Source: Trichormus sp. ATA11-4-KO1
Lineage (GTDB): Bacteria; Cyanobacteriota; Cyanobacteriia; Cyanobacteriales; Nostocaceae
DNA: 64,000 nucleotides
Direction: 5' to 3'
Assembly: GCA_019358915.1 (NCBI GenBank)
Contig: JAHHIM010000021.1
Coordinates: 1 to 64,000 of the forward strand
Made by a program: the position numbers and the translations under genes. Shown here one piece after another: positions 52,890 through 62,474 of the stretch. The stretch's first letter is position 1. The number at the start of each line of letters is the position of its first letter. The notes under the pieces are model-generated. The model worked only from the letters and a program-made list of their open reading frames with translations, had not been told where the DNA came from and did no database searches.

Positions 52890-53813
52890 CTATCTTGGAC
52901 GCAGACGATTTCTCAAATTACGAGCAGTAGCAGGCTGAGGTTTATTTGAACTGGATGTGGTAGCAGTAGCTTCTGGAACAACAAAGGGAATACCTTGCTC
53001 AATTTTTACTCCATTTAACTCGCCGTTAATATCTAAAACATATTTACCGGGAGCTAATTTTTGAGTAATAGGTAACTGAAGGCGGCGACGAGTATCAGGT
53101 AATACAGGTAACAAAGGTAATTTCCCTGCATCTAATAAATTTTCTGGTAGTTTTTGTCCAGGCTTTTCTACATTAGCTATGGGTTTTGTAGATTCAGCAC
53201 CCGGATATTGAGCAGCCGGCCAGATAGCATATTGACCTTTCAAACGGACGTAACCAGTGCCTTGACTAGAAACATCAAAGTTTGCTGTCACACCATTAGG
53301 TTGAGGATCTACAGTAATGGAATTGAGCACACCAACTCGTTTGATGTCTCCTACATAACCATAGATCACAACCCCCATACGTCCCACTGAGCGTACACCT
53401 TGGGTTTGGTTACTAGCAGAGGGAATTTCTTCAAAATAAATTACAGCACGATGCTCACCCGGTTTAGGTTCAACTCTGGGACGAATGGCAAAACGTAAAG
53501 TTTGAGCGCTGTTAGGTGGAACAGTAAATTGAGAAGGCGTAAACACAACCCACTGATCTAATGATTCCGCAGTGGGGGGAACCTCGACAAATTTATTATC
53601 CTCACTCATTTTCCAAGTCCGGACGTAGGCCTTAATTTCAACCGGTTTAGAAGAAAAATTAAGTACACGAATTGCTTGTGTCCGGGTTTTCCGATTGATT
53701 TCTAGCTCAATTCGGGATGGGCTGACACCAATATTGAGAGCTTCAGCACTTGGTATCCCTAGGGCAAGTAACCCTACTAAACTTAAGGCTAAATTAGCGG
53801 CTCTGCGAAACAT
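52890..53813 (-). CDS. Fimbrial assembly chaperone (PapD-like)
   Basis: Signal peptide, V.PSRIE, I.V.N, W....P.QFTVPP...Q.LR.AIR and EHRAVIYFEE. Confidence 0.85.
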   Translation of the reverse strand: MFRRAANLALSLVGLLALGIPSAEALNIGVSPSRIELEINRKTRTQAIRVLNFSSKPVEIKAYVRTWKMSEDNKFVEVPPTAESLDQWVVFTPSQFTVPPNSAQTLRFAIRPRVEPKPGEHRAVIYFEEIPSASNQTQGVRSVGRMGVVIYGYVGDIKRVGVLNSITVDPQPNGVTANFDVSSQGTGYVRLKGQYAIWPAAQYPGAESTKPIANVEKPGQKLPENLLDAGKLPLLPVLPDTRRRLQLPITQKLAPGKYVLDINGELNGVKIEQGIPFVVPEATATTSSSNKPQPATARNLRNRLRPR

Positions 53814-53869
53814 TTGTGATAAAGTTTTAACCTTTAGATACTCGTTGGTTGATAAGTACTACTAAGCAA

Positions 53870-54427
53870 CTAACGTTGATTTACCGTTACTGTAATTACG
53901 CCCCCATAGGCTCCCGCAGTTCGTGCATTTGCCAGGTCAAACTGCAACAGTGCGCCCCCTTGAACTAAAGCGGTAGTTTCATCACGGGAAATTTCGATAA
54001 TAGGTAAAGGTTCAATAGCAACGTTCACTGTTTGCTCAGAACGATGATGGCTGCTAAACCTATTACTTTGTCCATTCCCAGCCTTGAGTTCATAAGTGGC
54101 GTAGAGAGAACCCACTTGATCTATGGGAACCCGCATCTGCCAAAGTGCTGGCAACTCGCGAGCAATCACTGTATTAAATTGCACAGGAGCTAGCAAGTCT
54201 TGATTGTCTCTGACTGTCTCACTAATAGGAGCAGGTATCATCTCTCCTGGCTGTTGGCGAGGAATAGTCAGTTGTTGAGGGGTTGATAGCTGATAGATGC
54301 GGGTTGGCTCTGGCAAATCTAGGGGTTGAGCTAAAGCCTGAGATAGGGGCCAAGCCAGCAACCCCATTAAAATACCCAGGCTATATTTAAACTTGCGTTG
54401 GCAACTAATTTTCTGATTGTTGTCCAT
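53870..54427 (-). CDS. Secreted minor pilin-like subunit
   Basis: Signal peptide (ALAQP); C-terminal AGAYGGVITVTVN, the strand typical of chaperone-usher subunits. Confidence 0.6.
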   Translation of the reverse strand: MDNNQKISCQRKFKYSLGILMGLLAWPLSQALAQPLDLPEPTRIYQLSTPQQLTIPRQQPGEMIPAPISETVRDNQDLLAPVQFNTVIARELPALWQMRVPIDQVGSLYATYELKAGNGQSNRFSSHHRSEQTVNVAIEPLPIIEISRDETTALVQGGALLQFDLANARTAGAYGGVITVTVNQR

Positions 54428-54537
54428 GTGACTGGATTTTTTCAAGATATTCTGGCTGTAATTTTTCTTTTTGAGAAAGGCATCCTGCTGGCTTAATAAA
54501 AGCAGCAGGCAAGATGCCTGCACCAATGATGATGAAA

Positions 54538-55128
54538 CTACGGAGCTTCAACGCTGACGTTAATGACACCTCCAGTGTAAGTCTCGGCTACTGTAGCACC
54601 ATTCAAGTCAAATTCTATGTCTGCACCGCCAACATAAGGTGTCTCTAAACCAGGTGCAGTAGTTGGGTCAGTGCTAGTTTTGGTGACACTGACAATTGTT
54701 GCAGTACCACCGCCTGCTGATGTCAGCCCTGTTGTAGTGGGGGTTAAGGTGACGTTAACACCACCATCAGGGTTGTTAGACCAAACTGCGAATAGTTCAG
54801 CTACTGGTTTTGTGATGCTGCCACCTGTTAAACCACCAAATGGGCTGGTTTGATCGATAAGAGTAGTACCATCTGAGATAGGGCTTAGGCTGTCGAAATC
54901 TTGTCCAATTCCACCTGTTGTTACTGCTGTACCTCCAGCCAATTCATCTTCGGTAATCGTCAAAGAAAGTGTCTCAAAAGTCCGCAAATAAAGTACTTCC
55001 GGCACTTCAAGTTCAACGTTCACATCTTGGTCAACAGCTAGTTGAGCGTGAGCTGGTGCGGAGAACAAAGCGCTACCTACAGCAGCAATGCCAGCTACGG
55101 CGAAAATGGCTAGAAATTTGTTTTTCAT
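54538..55128 (-). CDS. Secreted major pilin-like subunit
   Basis: Sec signal peptide (AHA-Q), N-terminal alternating strand QDVNVELEVP, Thr/Gly-rich body and C-terminal ETYTGGVINVSV. Confidence 0.65.
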   Translation of the reverse strand: MKNKFLAIFAVAGIAAVGSALFSAPAHAQLAVDQDVNVELEVPEVLYLRTFETLSLTITEDELAGGTAVTTGGIGQDFDSLSPISDGTTLIDQTSPFGGLTGGSITKPVAELFAVWSNNPDGGVNVTLTPTTTGLTSAGGGTATIVSVTKTSTDPTTAPGLETPYVGGADIEFDLNGATVAETYTGGVINVSVEAP

Positions 55129-55316
55129 GTTGAAATTCTTCCCTGGTTGTATCTGTGTGAATTCGGTTACTTGTGAATTTCCCGGCTTTTTCGCTGGGGT
55201 GGGAAACTGCGATTTTGTGAGTCACTATTGAACAGTGATTTCCCAATTGTTCGAGAGTTGCTTAAAATGTAAACAAAGATTTTTACTTAGTTAATCGGTT
55301 ATAAACATCACCTCCT

Positions 55317-58040
55317 TTATAAAACCCATAATTCTGTACCATCTGTCCCGTTGGCGGCAGTGAAGAACAGTTGTGTACCAACGACAGTCAGCTTGTCAGG
55401 GTTAGCATTGCCTGTTCCAGGATTAATGTTGCTAACTCTGCGCGTACCTAAAGCTGTGCCGTCACTGCTCCACACTTCTCTACCGTTGGTAGGCTCAGAA
55501 GCCGCAAAGTAGAGAGTGCCATTGAAATTAACGAGACTAGTGGGAATACTGTTGTTCGGGTCTGCACCTGCCCAAATATCTTTGACTAGAACAGTGCCTG
55601 CATCGGTGCCGTCAGACTTCCATAGTTCTAATCCTGTGCTGCTGTCGCTAGCTGTAAAGTAGAGAGTGTTGCCGACAGCCGTCATATTTATGGGGCCAAA
55701 ACCAGTGTTGGGCGCTGCATTCAGGTCATTTTTGACCCGTCCCACACCATTTCCATCTATCTTCCACAGTTCTTCATTAAAGTCATTATTGCTATCTGTA
55801 ACGAAGTATAGGGTGTTACCTACGATGGTGAGTTGACTTGGCCCAAAACCGCCCGTACCAGGGGTAATGTCTTGGACAAGACTGGTTCCACCTGTGGTGC
55901 CGTCACTCTGCCAAAGTTCAATTCCGTTAATACCATCATTAGCTGTGAAGTAGAGGGTGTTATCAACCACAGTGAGTTTAACTGGAGCCGAACTCAAACC
56001 ACCAGAGCGAATATCCTTGACTAGGGTTGTTCCGGCTGTGGTACCGTTGCTTGTCCATAGTTCAGTGCCGTTAATGCCATCATTAGCTGTGAAATAAAGC
56101 TTGTTGTTAAAGGCCACGAGGTTATTGGGGTTGGAACCTGTAGCACCAGAGTAGATATCTTTAACCGGACTAACTGTTGTACCGTCGTAAACCCACAATT
56201 CCTTGCCACTAATACCGTTATCAGCAGTAAAGAAGACTTGGCTGCCAACAACAGTTAAGTTACTGGGGTTAGAACTAGCACCAGCATTGATGTTGCTGAC
56301 CATCGTGGCTGTCATGCCATCGTAAGTCCATAGTTCCCTACCGTTGACACCATCATCAGCAGTAAAGAGCAAGTTGCTACCAAAGACGGTGAGATTTTCT
56401 GGGTTAAAATTGCCAGGATTAATGTTGGTGATAGAAGTTGCTGAGGTGCCGTCACTCTGCCATAGTTGCCTGCCATTGACACTGTCATCGGCAGTAAAGT
56501 ACAACGTGCTTCCTAGCGTTGTCAGATGATTTGGGTTAGAACTACCCGCACCTGGGGAGATTTCTAACATCTCAATTAGAGCTTCGGCAGATAAACTTAA
56601 GTTGTAAAAAGTTTCAGCAGAGCCAATAGGATTGATGCGAACGAAATAAGTGCCTGCTAGTAAGGTGGTGTTGATATTTTCGTCGGCATTACCTGCTAGG
56701 GTGGAACTCTGAATTAACCCACCGCTACTATTAAGCAATTCCACATCGGCATTGCCAGATAAACCACTCAGGTTGAGGTCGAAAATACTTCTGTGAGCTA
56801 AATCAAATTGGTAATAATCATTTGTATCGATACTGCCGACAAAATCGCTAAAGTTCTGAGAACCAATCAGCGTACCAATATTGTTAGCAGATCCTCTGGA
56901 ATTAGGGGCTATGTCAGGGGCAATGGGAGTAGCAGAAACACTTAAATCGTAGTTAGTTGCTGCACCAGAAACGGGGAACACTCGAATATAGTATGTACCT
57001 GCATTTAAGCTACGTCTGATAGTATCTGGATCAATACCAGTTTGACTAGAACTGACTATTGTCGTACCAGCACTGTTGAGTAATCGGACATCAGCATTTG
57101 CGGTGTCTGGTGTTAATGTCAGGTCAATGAGAGCGCTAGATGCTAAATCAAAGCGGTAATAATCGTTAGTGTCGAGACTATTAACAAAGTCTGTGAAAAT
57201 TGAAGGAGTGGAGCTTAAAGTATTGATATCACGGGCTGTAGCCAGTGTGTTGCCGGCAAAGTCTTCTGGGTCGGCGGTGAAGGCAAGATTTAGTCCGTAG
57301 TTAGTGGCACCTATCCCACCAGGAAACACCCGCACATAATATGTACCACTAGTAAGACTTTGACTGATGGACTCAGAATTAGTATCTGGTTGGGTAGAAG
57401 CGGCAATCTTTGTACCACCGCTATTGAGCAATTCTACATTGGCATTGCCTCCTAGACCATCCAGGGTTAAGTTAAATGTCCCGTTATTAGCTAAGTCAAA
57501 TCTGTAGTAGTCATTGTCGTCAAGGACAACACCCCGGTTACCAACATAATCAGTGGTAGTATAGCTGCTGAGTGTGCCAATGTCTAATGCTGCTCCCAGC
57601 GTATTCCCTGAACCGTTATCTGTAGGAATTTCGTTAGCTACAAGGTTCAGGTTATAAGCTGTGCTTTCACTATTTACTGAACCAACACGCACATAGTAAA
57701 TGCCTGGATTTAAACTGTGAGTTAGTAATTCCGGTGATGTACCACTGGCATTAACAGTTTGAAGAGTATTACTTTCGTCATATAGTATTAAACTGGCATT
57801 ACCATCTAGTTCGCCACCACCAAGTCCATTCAATCTCAGTGATATAACACTGGCGGGGTCACTGCTGCTAGCACCAATCCGAAATTTGTAAAAGTCGCTA
57901 GGATCAGAACCACCAGTAACGGAGTCTTGAAAAATATGAGAAGAACTGGTGAGAGGACCGCCAATATATGTTGCAGAGGTTGTATCTAAAGCTGTACTTC
58001 TATTACTTCCTGGATCTGGAAATCCTGAAAAAGTCGTCAT
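55317..58040 (-). CDS. PPC-domain and ELWxxDGT-repeat protein
   Basis: Four D..DYY.F...ADV.L...E.I...L..GTYY.RV domains, then about 8 LYFTA.DG.NG.ELW.SDGT repeats. No signal peptide visible. Confidence 0.88.
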   Translation of the reverse strand: MTTFSGFPDPGSNRSTALDTTSATYIGGPLTSSSHIFQDSVTGGSDPSDFYKFRIGASSSDPASVISLRLNGLGGGELDGNASLILYDESNTLQTVNASGTSPELLTHSLNPGIYYVRVGSVNSESTAYNLNLVANEIPTDNGSGNTLGAALDIGTLSSYTTTDYVGNRGVVLDDNDYYRFDLANNGTFNLTLDGLGGNANVELLNSGGTKIAASTQPDTNSESISQSLTSGTYYVRVFPGGIGATNYGLNLAFTADPEDFAGNTLATARDINTLSSTPSIFTDFVNSLDTNDYYRFDLASSALIDLTLTPDTANADVRLLNSAGTTIVSSSQTGIDPDTIRRSLNAGTYYIRVFPVSGAATNYDLSVSATPIAPDIAPNSRGSANNIGTLIGSQNFSDFVGSIDTNDYYQFDLAHRSIFDLNLSGLSGNADVELLNSSGGLIQSSTLAGNADENINTTLLAGTYFVRINPIGSAETFYNLSLSAEALIEMLEISPGAGSSNPNHLTTLGSTLYFTADDSVNGRQLWQSDGTSATSITNINPGNFNPENLTVFGSNLLFTADDGVNGRELWTYDGMTATMVSNINAGASSNPSNLTVVGSQVFFTADNGISGKELWVYDGTTVSPVKDIYSGATGSNPNNLVAFNNKLYFTANDGINGTELWTSNGTTAGTTLVKDIRSGGLSSAPVKLTVVDNTLYFTANDGINGIELWQSDGTTGGTSLVQDITPGTGGFGPSQLTIVGNTLYFVTDSNNDFNEELWKIDGNGVGRVKNDLNAAPNTGFGPINMTAVGNTLYFTASDSSTGLELWKSDGTDAGTVLVKDIWAGADPNNSIPTSLVNFNGTLYFAASEPTNGREVWSSDGTALGTRRVSNINPGTGNANPDKLTVVGTQLFFTAANGTDGTELWVL

Positions 58041-58853
58041 AATTTTTCTCTAAAATTTCGGCGATTATGGTGACTGCAAGTTACTGATGGCGCGGCTTGA
58101 TACATTAATTCAAACCAAATTTATAGATTGTTAATAAACGTTATTTTTGAAAAATAATGGCTTATCTGTAAATACACAATCTGATAGGGAAGGTGATTTT
58201 GATTTTCGTAATTTAAATGATTGTCTAAGACTGGGTAAATGCCAAGTTTTTAAATTACAAATTCTAGCAAGGGACTAGAAATGTTTAGTAAAGTAAAAAT
58301 CAGATGATTAATCGGACTTTGTTATTTTTTATTGTTGAGATGAAACATGATGGATTGGTTGATAATTTCACAGCAAAACCTTTCCATTTTTAATTAGAGA
58401 TTAAACTTGTCTGGATTTCATATTGTTTAGGGTCTCTCCATCAACCTTTACTGCAAATTGAATTTAACTCCTATAGAAAATGGGTTGCCTCCGTGAAAAT
58501 ACTTAAAAATCAAATATTAAGTAATTGAATGATTAAGTAAATATATAAAAAACGTGAGAATAAAGATATGCTGTATATTGCCAGATTCCGCTCAGGAAGA
58601 TGGTTAGAGCAATTTGTCATCAAAGATGATATCTGAGATATGGGAGGATGAGTAACGTAAAGTTTCTACAAATAGACTTGCTATTTGATTTGCGATCGCT
58701 TTACATGCTTTCATATAGCAATCTACTTTCTCTAACCTCGCTCTCGCTTTGTGGGGATGGGGAGTAGGTTATTAGAGAGCGATCGCCCTAAAATATTGTA
58801 TTGATGGGATGAAATGTTTGCCTGAGAAATATACAATTTTTTCAGGAAAACAG

Positions 58854-59048
58854 TTAACTAAGCAACTCATCCCGATTCAAGCCAAAATGGTCAGCAACAT
58901 CTCGTAATATAGCACTCAGCGTACCAACCTTGAGTGGGTTATAGGCGGGAACTGTAATATGACTTCCTGTTTGCCTATCCACCACATACCCGAAGCAAGC
59001 TAAGGCTTTAGCCAAATCCTCACCCGATAAATCTCGTGGTAATTTCAC
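58854..59048 (-). CDS. hicA: HicA family toxin, apparently internally deleted
   Basis: MKLPR.LSG..L.KAL...GY...RQTGSH...VP..NPLK.GTL..IL; overlaps the upstream gene by GTGA. Confidence 0.75.
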   Translation of the reverse strand: MKLPRDLSGEDLAKALACFGYVVDRQTGSHITVPAYNPLKVGTLSAILRDVADHFGLNRDELLS

Positions 59049-59266
59049 GAAGCAATCACCTCATCTCGGACAATGTGCAGCCTAATCACTTTTGGTCGGT
59101 CTGCTTCATCAGGAAAATGACAGCGCACTGCATCACGTAAAATTTCTTTCAAGCTAGCAATATCATCAGCTTGCGTAAAAATCGATTCCCCCAAAGCTTT
59201 TGCTGTGTAACCACCCTCTGGGTCTTCTTCGATTAAAAATACAATTTCCGTCCCTATATTGTTCAC
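59045..59266 (-). CDS. HicB-like antitoxin
   Basis: IVF.IEED.EGGY.A......IFTQAD....L...L.DAV.CHF partial RNase H fold; translationally coupled to hicA. Confidence 0.75.
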   Translation of the reverse strand: MNNIGTEIVFLIEEDPEGGYTAKALGESIFTQADDIASLKEILRDAVRCHFPDEADRPKVIRLHIVRDEVIAS

Positions 59267-59351
59267 TATTTCTTAACTGTCATCAACTTATTTACTCAAC
59301 CATAATTTAACATTCAAAAAGAATAACATCAGATTTTTGCTGCATTGCCAA

Positions 59352-60797
59352 ATGTTCCAAGCTACTCGCCGCCGTCTTGCTATCTGGTACACTGCCGTCA
59401 CGGCTGTCTTACTTCTACTATTTGCCAGTGGTGTATATTTATATGTGCGCAGTACCTTAATTGAACGTGTCGATGATACCCTCAACCATGTAGTGGAAAT
59501 TGTTGAGCGATCGCTTGTGATTGAGCCAGTCAATACGGATGCTGAACAATTTCGCATTAATGTAGAAGCTAGTTTTCGTGATAATGCCGAAACTGTAGAA
59601 GATGACCACATCGACTTAGAATGGTTTAGTCCCACAGGCGAATTACTCTGGTCAACTCTATCCGAACCCCTCAATATTCCCATTCATGGTAATCATCTCG
59701 GTGAAACTGTCCGTGTAGTTAAAGAAGCAAAGCCTGATGATCAGGAAATTCAAAACTCAGCATTCAGGAAGGAAGCCTCAGCACTTTTATTGCGCCAAGT
59801 GACGCAGCGTGTAGAAGTGGGACGACAAGTATTAGGATATCTGCGCGTTAGTCACCCCTGGTTTGAAGTTACTAAACCTAGTCGCCAGTTAATTATTGAT
59901 TTGGCATTGGGTACTTGGTTTATGGTGCTTTCTGTAGCAGCAAGTGGCTGGTTTCTTTCGGGTAAAGCTATGGAACCAGTGGGTGAATCTTACCAACGTC
60001 TCAAACAATTTACAGCTGATGCTTCTCACGAACTCAGAAGTCCCATTACTTTGATTCAAACTAATGTGCAAGTTGCCCTTGCTGATTTGGAGTTAGCAGA
60101 GACAGAAACTACTACTTATTTGAACTATCGCCAACAATTAAAAGTGGTGGAACGGCTAACGCAGCGCTTGGGTAAGTTAGTCAATGATTTATTATTCTTA
60201 GCACGACAGGATAGTGGTATTAGCAAAGATGTTTTTTCACCTTGTCCCCTAGATGCTTTGCTGATGGAAGTGGTAGAAGAACAACAACTATTGGCTGTTG
60301 AAAAAGAAATTACTTTAACTCTGGACTTGGTTGATCCTAGCACCTCGGAAACTAGCCCAGAATTACTAGAAAATTGGTTCACACTGATAGGCAAATGGGA
60401 TCAACTCGTGCGACTGTTTATAAATTTGATTGGTAACGCCTTGCAATATACCCCACCAGGTGGACGAGTGAATGTAGAATTGGCGCGTTTAGAGGGAAGC
60501 AACCGCGTATCTAAAATTCGTTATAGCACTGCCCAGTTGCAAATTAAGGTGAGTGATACCGGGATTGGTATTCCAGCAGAAGCCTTACCACGCTTATTTG
60601 ACCGCTTTTATCGGGTAGATCCGGCGCGTACCCATAAAACTAGGAATACAGCTACCGAAAGTACTACAGGTTCAGGATTAGGACTAGCGATCGCTTTAGC
60701 TATTGTCGAACATCATCAAGGTCAAATTCAAGTTGAAAGCAATCTTGGCAGAGGTACTACTTTTACTGTCACTTTACCAATAACTCTTGAGTCTTAA
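59352..60797 (+). CDS. Membrane sensor histidine kinase
   Basis: Two TM segments; FTADASHELRSP H-box, NL.GNA.QY, DTG.GI and GSGLGLAI. Confidence 0.94.
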   Translation: MFQATRRRLAIWYTAVTAVLLLLFASGVYLYVRSTLIERVDDTLNHVVEIVERSLVIEPVNTDAEQFRINVEASFRDNAETVEDDHIDLEWFSPTGELLWSTLSEPLNIPIHGNHLGETVRVVKEAKPDDQEIQNSAFRKEASALLLRQVTQRVEVGRQVLGYLRVSHPWFEVTKPSRQLIIDLALGTWFMVLSVAASGWFLSGKAMEPVGESYQRLKQFTADASHELRSPITLIQTNVQVALADLELAETETTTYLNYRQQLKVVERLTQRLGKLVNDLLFLARQDSGISKDVFSPCPLDALLMEVVEEQQLLAVEKEITLTLDLVDPSTSETSPELLENWFTLIGKWDQLVRLFINLIGNALQYTPPGGRVNVELARLEGSNRVSKIRYSTAQLQIKVSDTGIGIPAEALPRLFDRFYRVDPARTHKTRNTATESTTGSGLGLAIALAIVEHHQGQIQVESNLGRGTTFTVTLPITLES

Positions 60798-61114
60798 ATC
60801 TGCAATCAACATTTGTTTCCTGTGATAGATGAAAAAGTACAACTTTATATACTAAATTTAGATCACAAAGCTGGCAATTGCCACATGCTGCCTCAGGCAC
60901 GCTACTCAAACAAACTAGAAGTTTAGGACTACATTAATCATAAACAAAGTCCGCGCAGATAAACTTAATGTAACCTGTGAAAGCAGGTTTAGTCTGCATA
61001 GTATTTCTGTTATTGGGTTAATATTGCCCATTCTCATACATTGTTGAGTAGTTGTATTAACTGCTGGCTTTAGCATAGCTAAATACTGACATTACGAAAT
61101 TTTTGGAGGATTAG

Positions 61115-61981
61115 ATGCCAATTAGCATTAGAAAAGATGTTGCTTACCTTTTACTCAAAAAGATTAATGATACTGGGCAAGGAATGCACGAAGTTAGGTT
61201 TAATGAAGCTGATTTAGCAGGTCGAGAATTAACACCAGCCGAATTTTTAGGCCATTTAGATTATTTGAATCAACAGGATTATATTAATGCCGAGTTTACA
61301 GGCAATGCTTACGCAAACCAGAACGATGTGCCTGATTTCATTAATCCACAAGAATTTGACATGAGAATTGCCAATACTTATGGTGCAGAAGATGGGCTTC
61401 TACCACATTTGATTACCTTTAAAAAGGCAGAATTGACGGAAAAAGGTCAAAAAATGCTAGAAAAATTGGAGGAGAATCCACCTGAAGCTTTAAAAGCAGG
61501 ATCATCAGTTCCTATCGCTACGAAAGATATGCCCTTTTTAGAGAAAGTCATGGTGAAAAGTGGCTTGGCTGATATCTTTGATGCTAGAGATATCACAGTA
61601 GTAGTGTACCGGGTGATGCGTGACCTGATGACTACGGAGGCTGCTGACAGAGTTGAAAGTGAACTGCATAAACCTGCTGAAGTTACTGATAATAAATCAC
61701 TGCAACTGGAAATTGCCCAATTGTGGCATGATACAAATCCGATTGTGGGATTTTTGAGTCGGGTACGTCCACCTTGGCAGGGTCCTGGTATCTTTAAAAT
61801 TGATAGCGATCGCTTTCTATTTAGAGTGGCAAATGAAGGCGGAATGCCATCAAATGTAAACCGTGAACAGGTTGTTAAAGCAGTATTTTCTGCTACTAAA
61901 GATGAATTATCATCAGAACGAATTCAAGAGATTGCCAGCTGGTTACCGGATCAGGTTCGCCAACTTTGGAAAGAGGCTTAA
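61115..61981 (+). CDS. DUF2267 domain protein with an extra N-terminal domain
   Basis: C-terminal FL.RV......V.AVF...K..LS......I...LP.....LW; GGAGG upstream. Confidence 0.75.
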   Translation: MPISIRKDVAYLLLKKINDTGQGMHEVRFNEADLAGRELTPAEFLGHLDYLNQQDYINAEFTGNAYANQNDVPDFINPQEFDMRIANTYGAEDGLLPHLITFKKAELTEKGQKMLEKLEENPPEALKAGSSVPIATKDMPFLEKVMVKSGLADIFDARDITVVVYRVMRDLMTTEAADRVESELHKPAEVTDNKSLQLEIAQLWHDTNPIVGFLSRVRPPWQGPGIFKIDSDRFLFRVANEGGMPSNVNREQVVKAVFSATKDELSSERIQEIASWLPDQVRQLWKEA

Positions 61982-62474
61982 AGCTAGTAAATAATTGTAG
62001 CTAATGAGGATGAGTTATTATTTACAATAACTCATAAATAAAAATCTCACCGACTTCTTGTAAACACTCGTAGGGTGGCTGAGTGAATGCTAGAAGTCGG
62101 GGATCTAAGCCTTTTGCTACAAATCAAAGAGGATGGCTATAGCCAAACATGCTCTAATGTTATTAGACATATTTTAGACATATCAAATTTTAGAATATAT
62201 ACTGATTACTTTTTATAATTTTGACTAATTAATTTACCGATTATTTAAATATCTCATCCTGGAGAAGGAAATATTTATTTCATTTTAAATCCTATAGTTA
62301 GATATGAAAAATCAAATTAATAGCTAGATTAAAAATACTCAATAAATTGAGATATTAAGACAAAATATATTCAATTCAAATAATAACGTAATTTTTGGCG
62401 ATTTACTGACTTAATTGAAATTAATTGAGAAGTTATTAAGGCAATAAAAGACGACATTATTTAGGAGAAAATGA

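Noticed and set aside
55156..55171. CRP-like site TGTGA-N6-TTACT upstream of the pilin
   Set aside because: Second half-site is weak and the position is very close to the start codon; insufficient support.
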